DNA of 64,000 nt from Octopus sinensis. Taxonomy: Eukaryota. Under the pieces are notes generated by a model that was given only the letters and a program-made list of their open reading frames with translations, was not told the DNA's origin and searched no databases. Where the stretch lies: contig NC_043003.1 in NCBI RefSeq assembly GCF_006345805.1, forward strand, positions 38,254,001-38,318,000, read 5' to 3'. This document shows positions 40,439 to 52,790 of the stretch, in pieces. The number at the start of each line of letters is the position of its first letter. Positions within the stretch are counted from its first letter, which is position 1. The translations under genes and the position numbers were made by a program.

Positions 40439-41701
40439 TCAGGTCATCCCATAAGTTCTGTCCGAATTTTGAACAAAGAAAACAATCAATCAAATGTTAT
40501 ATTTAATTGAAATTTATTCATCAGTGTACTTGCCCTGATCATTTATGACTTCCTTCCATTTACTTACAAGCTTTTTAATCCAATCAATGTAAAACGCTTT
40601 TGGTTTCAAAGCGAAGAACACTGAAACGTCAGTTTCGACCTCCTGGCTTGCGAAAGTTATGTCCCCCAAATGATTCTGTAAACTACGAAACAAATGGTAG
40701 TCTGAAGGAGCAAGGTCGGGAGAATAAGGTGGATGAGGAATTTTTTCCCCAACCAAACTCTTTGATCTTCTGTGATGTGATCTTTGCAGTGTGGAGTCGC
40801 GCATTGTCCTGACGAAACATCACTCCTTTTCGATTCACTACTAAAGTGGGTCTTTTTGCTTCAAAGTTTGGTTCAAACACTCTAATTACTGACAGTAGAT
40901 TTGACCAGTGATTGTTGCATTAGGTGGTAACAATTCAAAGTGAATTGCTCCTTTGCATTCCCACCAGATAGAGAGAAGAACCTTTTTCCCATGAAGTTCC
41001 CTTCTCGGTTGTGATTGAGCTTTTTCCCTTTTACCAAGCCACTGTTTACGACGTTTAACATTTCGATAGAAGACTCATTTTTTGTCACCAGCCACAAGTC
41101 TATCCAAAAAGGGTGAAATGAATTCGCGAGAATGGAGAGAAGAGCAGATGTCAACTCGGGATTTGCGATTGTTTTCGGACAATTCGTGAGGTACCCATTT
41201 TCCAAGTTTAGGAACCTTTCCAAGTTGATGAAGATGACGTTGAACAGGTGTATGGTTTGAACTAAGCTTTATTGCTAATTCTTTAAATGATAATGCAGGA
41301 TGGATTTTCTTCAAATAATACCTCAAGGAGCTTATCATCAAACTCAACTGGACGTCCTGTCCAATCTTCATCCTCAAGGCTGAAATCTCCACTTCTGAAT
41401 TTTGCAAACCACCTTCTGCAAGTTCTTTCATTCAAGCATTCTTTCCCATAAACTGAGTTTCCTTTTTTTGTACTCATAAAGCATTATGTGCCTCAAATGC
41501 TCTTTAGATACTTCCATGTTAGAAAGGATTTTAAGCAAAGAAATTTTAATTCTATTATTCTATAAAATAATATTTAATTAGTTTAAATGTACACAAATGC
41601 ATAAAAATAATTTTAAATTCCATTAGACATTCTAAAATACTATTAAATTTCATTCAATTTTAAAAAAGGTAAAATCGGACAGAACTTATGGGATGACCTG
41701 A
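40439..41701 (-). mobile_element. Full-length decayed mariner (DD34D)
   Basis: TIRs ta|tcaggtcatcccataagttctgtccga ... tcggacagaacttatgggatgacctga|ta. Motifs RRWFAKFRSGDFSLED..GRP, GKWVPHEL, QDNARLH, PHPPYSPDLAPSDYHLFRSL; frameshifted. Confidence 0.95.
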
Positions 41702-41953
41702 TACATACATATGTACACGTACGCACGCGCGCACACACACACACACATACATACATATTTGAGCACATACGGTAAGGTGTCTCGTGCGACACTCTGACAT
41801 TCAGTCAATCTACTACTCTGAAATGGTGCTTGATTTTATCGATTTTGAAAAGACGAAAGGAAAATTTGGTCTAGAAGGATTTGAACTCAGACCGAAGTGA
41901 GCCGGAATAAATTCAACAACATACTAGTTTTAGTCAAAAGAGTGAAATGTATA

Positions 41954-42033
<80 letters not shown>

Positions 42034-43223
42034 CATTGAATACGTGTACGTACATACATATTTCCGTACACACACATACATGCATACGTACATATATATG
42101 TATGCTTGGGTATTAACGAGTACATTAATAACAATGAAACTGGTTGCTCGAAATCTTTGGGTATAGCTTATTGTTATCATATTTTAGGTCAGACCTGAAT
42201 GAACAGATCAACCACTAAAAGCGTTCCTACAGTGACCATTCTGGTTTTCTGTTTTTTTTTCTTAGTTTTTGTATAGGGTCTACATTTTACAGCATATTCT
42301 TTTTTTAAGACGATTTAGAGAGGATTGGCCACTATTTGCAGCCGGTTCTGTGATCTCGTTGGCCCATTTAGTACAGGTTTATTATCCAATTCACAACTTC
42401 AATGCTTAATTCGTATCTGCATATATATTCATATCTATTGTGCTTATGATATATACCAAAACCACAACCGTCATATACTTGGGTAGCATGTTTTATGCTT
42501 TTGTCAATTGTAACTACATGTCTCCTACATAGTCATGAGCAAGCATAGACTCTTTCTTAGCCCTACCTACCTTTACTTAGAGGAACACTGAAAATGTGAA
42601 GGCTGGTACTAATTACTAAGTTCGCTGGTACTAATTACTAAGTTCGCTGGTACTAATTTCAGCTGAGCAGTCTACAGCAATGTATAAGAGGTTCTTTGCT
42701 CAAGACCACAATATACTCGCTGATCCAAGAATCGAACTCATGGCTTTATGATCTAAAACCCAACACCTTAACTACAAGGCCATGCGATTTCCTAATGAAC
42801 ATATATACATCTTTTAGATCATAACCGCATTTCTTAAAACTTATCTACAACCATTAGCTTCAATTTTATCTTTATGGTTATTTAAGAGTATTAGCTATGG
42901 CATGCTGGTTGTTCGAATTTATTTGTGTTATATTTCTGTCAGTAGTTTCTTGTCATGAAAGGCAAAGTTGACTCTTGCAAGATTTAAGGATTACCTACAG
43001 AAATATGTCACCTACCGGGTTTGTTGCTTCATAACATTCTGAAAAATGGATTATTTTAGATGAAATTTTCTAAAAATACGTTTCAGATGATGTAGATGAC
43101 GATTATATCGGAACTTGTGAAAAGATGGGGAAATGGTTCACACAATTTACATGCCTCGTTTACATTTCCTCATAACTTCAGAAATACGGGTATTTTTTAA
43201 TGAAACATAATATTCAGGTGCGG

Positions 43224-43570
43224 GCGTTGCTGTGTGATTAGAAGCTTGTGTGGCATCTTTGGCAAGTTTTTCTACTATAGCCTCGGGCCGACGAAAACCT
43301 TGGATTTCGCAGATGGAAATGAAAGAAACCCATTGTATATAGATGTGTGTGTGTTGGTGTGTGTCGCACTACCGCTTGAGAACCGGTGTTGGTATGTTTA
43401 TGTCCTCGTAACGAAGCAGTTCGGCACAAGAGACCAATAGAATAAAAATCAGGCTTAAAATAGAACAAGTACTGGGGATGATTTATTCGACTAACAACTC
43501 TTCAATGTGGTGCCCCAGCATGGCCGCAGTCTAATGACTCAAACAAGTAAAAGATAAAAAGATAAAAGAT
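43224..43570 (+). mobile_element. SINE family A, diverged
   Basis: gctgtgtgattagaagcttg..tttctactatagcctcgggccgac..gtggtgccccagcatggccgcagtctaatgact.aaacaagtaaaagataaaaaga. Confidence 0.75.
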
Positions 43571-44329
43571 AGAAATACCTTCCAGATGGTGTAGATTACG
43601 TTTATATCAGAATTTAATGTGAAAGAGATGGTGTAAGGTGGATATTTCAAACACTTCGACTTTGTTTCTACATACATTTTAATAATGTCGATTACTCTAA
43701 GTCGGGGGTGTATCAAAGTGAAGATGCGTGAACTATCCTAGTTGAATACTGGGGACGATGTAATCGACTAACACCCTTCCCGAAACTGGTGGCCTTGTAC
43801 CAAAATCAGAAACCAAAATCATTATTATTATTGAGAGAGCAATGCATGCCACCAAAGTGACACTGGGTTACAAATATACGAAGCCCAGTAAACCCATCAG
43901 GACTACCCGTCTGATAAGGATACACCAGGCACATGCATCACAACCATATGTGCGTGACATGCTGATCTCACATCAAGATAAACAGTGCATGACCTTGCAG
44001 GTGGGACCCAGTTAGAGTTTTCTTCTGGTCTAATAGTCCATCCCACTCAAAAGATTCCTGAATAAGGTTTGTTTAAGGATGATAAACAAAACACTCATGT
44101 TTCCAGAGGTGAATTTATTCAAATCCCAAAGAATTTCTCTCAGCACATGGCTATAATGCTCCCCTACTACTATTGCTCGTGACCAGAGATGCACATGTTC
44201 AGCTGGTTAAGGTCAAGCAACACACAAGGAAATCTGTGTATTGAGTAAAATAGTCACTGTAGCCCATCTTGACAAGCAAATATGTGGCATTGAGCAGAAT
44301 ATTTGCTACAGCCCATCTTTTATCGTTAT

Positions 44330-44610
44330 TGGTATTTTTTTTACTCCTCAGAGCTCTCGGTCTTGCTTGCTCTGGTTAATTATGTAAGAACGGACAGCAA
44401 CCTGTTGTCAGAAGTCACACCGGGTCTCTTTCCGCAAATTATAAGCTTTGGTACTTGGATGTTAACTTATCGTGGAAGACTCTCAACACCCCAGCAACAA
44501 TTTCAAAATCCTGGCTGTCCCCAATAGAGCAGTTTTTTTAGCCTGCTCTACCCTCATGTCAATTCCAATTTCTCTGACATATTTCTCGAACCTGGTTGTT
44601 AGTGCTCCGT
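44330..44610 (-). mobile_element. R4/Dong-like 3' end fragment
   Basis: Minus strand LTTRFEKYVREIGIDMRVEQAKKTALLGTARILKLLLG* plus 3' UTR; preceded on the element strand by (TAA/TGA)n 44610-44675. Confidence 0.75.
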
Positions 44611-44639
44611 ATCATCATTATCATCATCATTATCATTAC

Positions 44640-44675
<36 letters not shown>

Positions 44676-44920
44676 CTTTTAATTTGCATGTTTGCTACAA
44701 TCACTTACCGAGACACACCCAGCGTCTTAGGGCGAGTGAAGGATAAGAGATGTTACAGTATGACTGAAAGCTTGGGGAGAGGAAGTGGCAGAGGCAGTTG
44801 CGAAATATCTTCACTTAATACAACACAAACATTTAAATTCAATAGGATTTTTCTAAGGATGTGGGCAGTGCCTGTCAGCACAATTTTTTGGATTTCTCTG
44901 AGACATGATTCTCCTGGGAT
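44676..44920 (-). mobile_element. R4/Dong-like 3' end fragment
   Basis: Minus strand LREIQKIVLTGTAHILRKIL plus 3' UTR ending aaagataataataat; (TAA/TGA)n on both sides. Confidence 0.8.
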
Positions 44921-44939
44921 ATTATCATCATCATCATCA

Positions 44940-44988
<49 letters not shown>

Positions 44989-45002
44989 CATTATCATCGT
45001 CG

Positions 45003-45035
<33 letters not shown>

Positions 45036-45178
45036 CCAGTATCATGATCATCATCATATCATTATTAAATTATACAATTCTGCTTCTCTTTCCAGTGATT
45101 GATTCATCATTCCCGAAGAGAGTGTGTCCTGCCGCCATAGACAAACTTGGAGCACACCTTGAAGATTTGTTAGGCAAT

Positions 45179-45548
45179 ATGAGTCAAAAATTATACCGCA
45201 ACAACAGTAACGACAGGAGTCTAAGTTCCAACAGCAGCACCGGTAGTAGAAGCAGTCAAACTAGTAGCAATGGTGATGGCGATAGCCTCAAGTGGTCGGA
45301 ACAAAGTTACAGTGTCGGTGACATTTTGGACAAGTTTCGACTGCCTCAAATCGTTCGGTTGCATGCGAGGGGACAACCAGTACATTCAAGCTTACCGATA
45401 CCGTTCAACATTGCTCGTGAACAGTTACTGTTCTTCGATTCAAGAAACATTCGGCAGTTGATTGCTGAAAATTTAGTAGACACATCGGAACCCGGATCAA
45501 ACATGGATTCGTACTTGGAAGATGTTGTCATTCCTGAAGACTATCCAG
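45179..45548 (+). CDS. CABIT-domain (GAREM/THEMIS-like) protein, coding exon 1
   Basis: Acceptor ...cttctctttccag at 45094-45095; ATG at 45179 in a frame open across the whole exon; donor GTTAGT at 45549 (phase 1). Translation LKWSEQSYSVGDILDKFRLPQIVRL...LLFFDSRNIRQLIAENL...VVIPEDYPG resembles the GAREM CABIT N-terminus (VKWS...LLVSTYRLPQIARL...YLLIHS...IEIPVHYAG), recalled from memory. Confidence 0.8.
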
Positions 45549-45628
45549 GTTAGTGTTGATTCATTGGGATTTTTTAAATGTTTCTTAAATGCTTCACACA
45601 CACACACACACAAACACTCACACTATTT

Positions 45629-45680
<52 letters not shown>

Positions 45681-45682
<2 letters not shown>

Positions 45683-45846
45683 CTACCAAAAACCTGAGCA
45701 AATATAAAGATCTTGAAATAGAAATCAGCAAAATGTGGAACCAGAAGACTAAAACAATACCTGTTGTCATAGGTGCCCTGGGAATGATAGCAAAAGGGGC
45801 TGATTGCTACCTAACTCAGATACCAGGAAACCTAAAAATGGCATAA
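45681..45846 (+). mobile_element. R4/Dong-like RLE fragment in the CABIT gene intron
   Basis: KNLSKYKDLEIEISKMWNQKTKTIPVVIGALGMIAKG immediately after (TAA)n 45629-45680. Confidence 0.8.
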
Positions 45847-46405
45847 GACTTCTGCAATGCAGAGATCGCATTTGTTCTTATAATCGCTATACGGTTTGGC
45901 ATGTGTAACAATAGACCATTTCATACTGTATACAACTAAGGTGTGTGTTAGGTTATGAATGAGCCTAGATAGAAAAGTACTATTAGTTTTCGTTTGAGAT
46001 TTATAGCTAGTGAATCATTACAAATTCTCGCCTTGAAGGTGGTACTACACGTGCCAATATATATATACAAACTTGGAATCCTCCGTGGAGACTGTGCATT
46101 TATATACGATATTTTTTCGCGAAGCATTTATTTTCTAAGGGACAGTAGGCGGGGCATCTACAGCTCTATAGATTTCTAGAAGGTGCTAAAATGGAGTTTG
46201 TGGGGTTATAACTACCTTTCTGAGTCACTTAGGGAAGGCAAAGTGCAGACGTACGATCTACTAGATACAGAAACCAAATATCCCTCCGACATACTCTATT
46301 CATCTTAAATTTGGAGAGGATGCATCCAAAAACTTAGTCTCATATTTGGAACAGAATACATCATACATACATACATGCATACACACCTATATGTACATGT
46401 GTATG

Positions 46406-46454
<49 letters not shown>

Positions 46455-46466
46455 TATATATATATA

Positions 46467-46513
<47 letters not shown>

Positions 46514-46914
46514 GAAAGGTATTGGTATCAGAAAGACCCAAAAGGTATCGGCTAAACGCCAAGTAAGTGCTATGGATAGACCACGGTTAAGCCCCAGGCT
46601 CGATAATGATATGAGTGAGGAGTCCAACGTGGGTCATGTATTAGCACGCATATGAATAAACTGACAGAATGAGATAAAAAAAAACAAAGCAGTAAATAGA
46701 TGTCATAACATTTATCATCGAAAGGTCTTACAGCTGTAAAGCTTCTTAATATTTTCCCACTCCGTGGAATTTCCGTGGGTCCCCACTAGTATTTATTAAT
46801 TGCTGTTAGTGGTTATATGTTTTCTTTATTCCCACTACTTGTCTAAACTTTTTTTCATTATTCAGATCTTAACAATAAACTGAGTTAAATATATGTGTGT
46901 TTTTGTTTCTTTTA

Positions 46915-47009
<95 letters not shown>

Positions 47010-47994
47010 ATTACATTTTTCACATTTATTTTTCTATGATGAAATATGCCTGACAGATCTGAAATGCCAAGTCTTTCGACATAACTCGATCCTGTGTAAC
47101 TTCTACAACTCAGGGTTCTCGGCTCCCAATTAACTATTCCAACTGAAATACTTTTGGTCTGCCTCAGTCGTGAGCCACGATCTTACACCTCATGTATTTC
47201 TGGCATGTTTTATCAATCTTCATTAAATATTCAAATTAGTACAGTCATTCAAAAAACACCAGTCAATGACGTTTAATAAAATTCACTTTTCAGCTCATTT
47301 CATCTGAAATTTTCTGAAGTCAATATCCTGCATTCAAAGGATATATCTGTTTTATTTATTTATGTTTTTCACAGCTGTCAAAGTCTGTTCATGTTAATTT
47401 TATATAATGTATCTTTTATACATATTCAAAAGGTGTTTTCAAATGTATTATTTTGACTAGTCTATTTTTACTTTAATTCATTGTCTTGATAATTAACTGC
47501 CGTTTGTATTCTGCTTGAAAAAATCTTGTTAGCTTGTTATGCTCTTTCTTAAGAAATTTATATGAATGAAACTCTTAATATCACATTTAGTAATAGATTC
47601 TTTTCTAATCTTGTTAAATTTTCTGCCTTTAGCATTCATGTTTTGTCTGTATAGCATGGAGTAACTCGTGTACAGTATTGTACAGCTTCATGGTGATTCA
47701 CACGCCACAACTTAGACTCTACAAGTCAGGAATTCTACTATGTATGCCTGAATAGTGAAAATGATATTAGTCATTGATTTAGATAGTCGTTTCTTCCCAG
47801 CGTAATTATTTCTAATAACGATTATTCATTTTTTAGCACGCACACGCACACGCGCGCACTTCATGAAATCTGACTTTTGTATAAAGGATGTTTTTGATGC
47901 CAACTGAGTGTGGGCGATCCAAAAAGATCTTATCCAATAATTCTAGAGATCTGGCCTTGCATTTCTAAGGTTTCAGTTCATAGTTTATTCGACC

Positions 47995-48720
47995 ATACAT
48001 ACATACATACATACATACATACATGCATACATACATGTATGCATGCATGCATACATGCATGCATACATGCATATATACATACATACATACATACATGTAT
48101 GCATTCATACATGCATATATACATACATACATACATACATACACACATACATGTATGCATGCATACATGCATATATACATACATACATGTATGCATGCAT
48201 ACATGCATACATACATACATACATGCATACATGCATATATACATACATACATGCATGGTTGCATACAGACATACTACATGCTTGCATGCATACATACATG
48301 CATGCATGCACACACATGCATGCATATATACATACAAACGTACATACATAATGCATGCAAACATGCATGCAAACATACATGCATACATACAGACATGCTT
48401 GCATACAGACATACATGCATGCATACATACATACATACATGCACGCATGCATGCATACATACATGCACGCATGCATGCATACAAACATACATACATACAT
48501 ACATGCAGGCATGTATACATACATACATATATACATACATACATTAGTACGTACATTCATAAGTACGTACATACAATCATACATACACATTCATACACAA
48601 ACACATACACACACCCATATATATGATGTGTGTATATGTACACGTATGAATGCACGTGTATGCATGTATGTGTGCATTTATGTATGCGTATATGTGTATG
48701 CATGCGTATCATGCGTGAAA
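47995..48720. repeat. Compound (CATA)/(CATG) tetranucleotide array in the intron
   Basis: Directly visible; source of the long His/Met/Tyr/Cys ORF artefacts. Confidence 0.95.
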
Positions 48721-48789
48721 GTTTAAAATGTGGAATTTAAATATATTACATCGCAAAAATAACTAAAATATTTCCATTTCTATTTGCAG

Positions 48790-49934
48790 GTTTATTTGTG
48801 CAGCCAGTAACCATAGGAAACAGTACCGAACTAATCACTTACGATAATATTGAATCTTTGGTATCACACGAAGCCAAAGGATTCCTGACTCTACACACAA
48901 TACAAGGTATTCGTAAGACATCATCTCTTGGAAGCATCAGTCAATCAAATGCAGGATCCTGTCCAAAATTGTACCCCAGAGGAAGTATATTTCTAATTGA
49001 AGAAATTCAAAAATGGTCTTTTAGTTCAAAAGGAAATCTTCAGAATAGCCATCACGCTCCTTCCATTATGAAAGTTCCTTCAGCAAACCGGAAATCCACA
49101 GTGCATTTTGCTGACTCAAACCAAACAAATGAATACGATTCTAGAGAAAACATAAACCAGATATCTAAAAGAGAAGGATCATCTAGAACATCTTCTCCAT
49201 TGTCACCAGCAAGAAAAATCCCAAGCATACAAAGGCTAAGTTCCAGTATGAATGACAACTCATTGTTAAGTAGTAGTTTGAAAACAAGACCAGTAGTTAG
49301 GTCTGCTTCCGTAGGATCATCAAGGTCAATAGATAATGGTCTAGTTCTCAAATGCAAAGATGCAAGTGGACGAAATGTCTATTTCCCGTTTCATACTGAA
49401 GGGAGTTTTATTGAAGTATTAACGCATCCAACAAACCCGAATAAACTCTCAATACAAGTGAAAGAATTGTTAAACATGAAAGTTCTTCCTCCCATGATAT
49501 GCTTTGTCTATGGCAAAAAACGTCTTTTATTAACATCTGGTTTTCTAAAACTCAAGGAGATTCAAGAACATCGATCGGTAGTTGTGTGTGCGGTAAACAG
49601 GACTTCATATGTCTTATTCGAGTTGCCTGTCACTTCAAACATGAAATTTTCTTTGTCTCTCAATAAGAATCTTTTAACGTCCCCTCATATTCAAAGAGCA
49701 TTAAATCTCTGCGAAGAGAATGCCACGAATTTCAGCAGTGATATTAAAGTGGTTACTAAGTTGTCTTCAAAGTCAATCGAGTTTGGCAACAACGGCCTCA
49801 CTACTTTCGGTTTGGAAACATTTAAACAGCTGGAAGACATAGCCGAAGTGAGTTCCAGTGAAGAAGAAGATGATGATGAAGGTACGAACAAACAGTTTAA
49901 TCGTATACCTGTCGAAGGAGTGATATATCTGTAG
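48790..49934 (+). CDS. CABIT-domain (GAREM/THEMIS-like) protein, coding exon 2
   Basis: Acceptor tatttgcag at 48788-48789; G(45548)+GT restores the frame (YPG-LFVQ). 378-aa ORF contains LKC-x7-VYFPFHTEGSF (CABIT signature hydrophobic-x-C-x7-26-hydrophobic-x-LP-hydrophobic-x3-G-x-F with L to F), then LLNMKVLPPMI and RSVVVCAV..ELPV..MKF, collinear with GAREM. Stop TAG at 49932-49934. Joined CDS 370+1145 = 1515 nt. Confidence 0.82.
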
Positions 49935-50733
49935 AAAAAAAAATGTTGTTGGTCAGTTTTATTGGTGGTTCACGGCAAACATAATCACCTTCTATTGTAA
50001 ATAATTATATCCCCTCCTCCTCCTCCTCCTCCTCCTCTGTAATTCGGCAGTTATCAGCCACAACGATGAGATACATACATAAATGAAGCAGAAGATATAC
50101 ATACATTAAGAAAATACAAAGAAATATGACTGAAATACATACATGCACGCACGTTTTACACATGTATGTACATATACATATATAGGAGAATAGCGAGTGG
50201 AACCCTTTAAACTTATTCGGAAAATTTCCAAGCCCACAAAATCCTTATTGCCGCAGAATACAGCGATACAAACGTAACACCAGCAGCATCTCCGCCGGCT
50301 TTTCAGTTTCTAGAAACTAATAAATCCAATGTATTTTTGGAGGAATTCCCTCTAGGAAAAGTCTCTGCTTTTAAAACCTCAACGTGAGAGTTGTATTTCG
50401 GAAGTAATGTGATCGCCCTTCTTTTGGGATGTAGGATTTGTTTAGTAAAGAGGTACTGCTGTTGAAGATCTTATTGGTATCCTTCAGTGAATCAACTTTG
50501 TTGATAATGAGATCATGCCAGCATCCTGCACATGAGTATAATCATATCTTGGCATTATTCAGTCTAACAACCAGGGAACTAAAAAAGCCAAAGAAAAAAA
50601 CACCAAGAAGGTACTGACGATTCTCATTCAGCTTCTACAAACATGTTCATATTTAGTTGATGAAAAAATCAGTCAAGCTGATATTACAGTATATTGCAAT
50701 GTGTTACAACGCTATAAGCTAATTCTAGATCAT

Positions 50734-50784
<51 letters not shown>

Positions 50785-51271
50785 AAACTAGAAAATTACA
50801 GTTTCACACTATATTCTCTGTCTTGCACTATTCATTCGTACTCTATGACCATTATAGCTGACAAACCTGCAACATTGAACTGTCTGTGTAATAACAACAA
50901 ATTGGCCTTTTGAATTACATGCTCAATCCACCCGATGGGTTTCCATACAGATTCCGTTTGCCTAATCTGGGGCTATGACATTGACACAAGCCAAGATGCT
51001 ATACAGTGGAATCGATCCTAGGACATCCTAATTGTGAAATGATTTTCTTAATGGCTCAGCCACGCCTTTGTCATACGCACATACATACATACATACATAC
51101 ATACATACATACATACATACATACATACACTCAGCCACATACACACACACACATATATATATATACACCATAATATCGAGAACAAAGGCCACAGTGAACT
51201 CCCCGCGGGGGAGTAGAAACTCTAAGTTTCGAGTAGCGTCCTTCTTTAGAAAAAGTTGACAGCTTGATTAT

Positions 51272-51336
<65 letters not shown>

Positions 51337-52386
51337 TATATTCACATGTACACAGTTTATACATACTCATATATTTATACATGTACTCATATGCACACTT
51401 CTATCCATATGCACAAATGTAATAAAAATATCTATGTTTATACATATATTTATACTACAATTAATACAATATTTCAGCTATCAAGAAAAACGAATTCATC
51501 AAAGGACTACAAAAATGTATAGCAATCTTAAAAAGTTTCAGTAATGCGTTCTTAAAATGTCATATTTGACTTCTTCATTAATCAATGCTCGAAACATTGA
51601 TTATGGGACATCTCTTTGCTAATTCAGCCCTCCCTGAATTAGAGTGAGTAAAGTTCAGATGTGAAAACGTTTAATTTTGAATCTTTAGTTTTGATACGGT
51701 ACGTTATTTTTTAAACTCAAATTTCATCGATGTGGGTTTTGCTTTTCATCTTTATGTACCAGCTAAATAGCTTACACCATGCATTATATTTCTATAATGT
51801 ATCTCTATTTGTGAAAGAAATTATAATAGAGGAAATTGGCTTGGTTTTTAGATGGTTAGGTACTCAACGAAATAAAGGATATTTAGCATAAAACATTCAA
51901 AAGTTGCCCATCCAATGTATTGGAATTTATAGATAAAAGCAAAACTTCTTGCAAAATCTCTCCATTGTTTTCTACCAGAGCAGAACACAGTCTTCTAACA
52001 ATAACTGCAACTCTATAGTTTTGTCTGCTTTTCTGACGCCTTCTAAAGATCATATGAATCTAAGCAGGTTGTCAGATCACAACTAAAGGTTGTCTTTATA
52101 TATGATATACCAAAGGCCAGTTAAACTGGTGGTGAACTGACCCCCACCAGGATATTGATTAAAACTAGAAAATAAGATGTAAAGATGCAGTAACCCGTTT
52201 GCTATGAATCCCTTTGGCTCTATGGTGCAACCCTGCTATAAAATGTTCATATCTAAATGAAAACCTTCCGTTAGAAGTTCATACAAGAACCTACTTTTTG
52301 TAAATTTATATTTCAACCATCAGTTTAATAATAAAAATGTTAATTATTTTACTAAGTTCTTTATTATTTTTAAAATTAATTGCAAC

Positions 52387-52790
52387 AGGCGCAGGAGTGG
52401 CTGTGTGGTAAGTAGCTTGCTAACCAACTACATGGTTCCGGGTTCAGTCCCACTGCGTGGCATCTTGGACAAGTGTCTTCTGCTATAGCCCCGGGCCGAC
52501 CAATGCCTTGTGAATGGATTTGGTAGACGGAAACTGAAAGAAGCCTGTCGTATATATGTATGTATATATATAAGTGTGTGTGTATATGCTTGTGTGTCTG
52601 TGTTTGTCCCCCTAACATTGCTTGACAACCGATGCTGGTGTGTTTACGTCCCCGTCAATTAGCGGTTCGGCAAAAGAGACCGATAGAATAAGTACTGGGC
52701 TTACAAAGAATAAGTCCCGGGGTCGATTTGCTCGACTAAAGGCGGTGCTCCAGCAAGGCCGCAGTCAAATGACTGAAACAAGTAAAAAAA
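52387..52790 (+). mobile_element. SINE family A, full length, little diverged
   Basis: Complete head aggcgcaggagtggctgtgtggtaag..ggttccgggttcagtccc, core, microsatellite and 3' half with A-rich end. Confidence 0.9.

Noticed and set aside
42602-42660. About three copies of a 22-nt unit gctggtactaattactaagttc
   Set aside because: Head-to-tail tandem without spacers inside a SINE-like remnant; not CRISPR-like.
44472-45102. Poly-Tyr/His/Ile/Met ORFs upstream of the CABIT exon
   Set aside because: Translations of (ATT)/(CAT) trinucleotide arrays and antisense Dong fragments; a splice acceptor at 45095 separates them from the real exon.
47910-48726. Cluster of long ORFs (up to 238 aa) rich in His/Thr/Tyr/Met/Cys
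   Set aside because: Translations of the CATA/CATG microsatellite inside an intron; open in many frames on both strands.
50220-50640. Possible third CABIT exon or other coding exon
   Set aside because: Only short open frames (~55 aa) on either strand, with no convincing phase-1 acceptor or recognisable motif.
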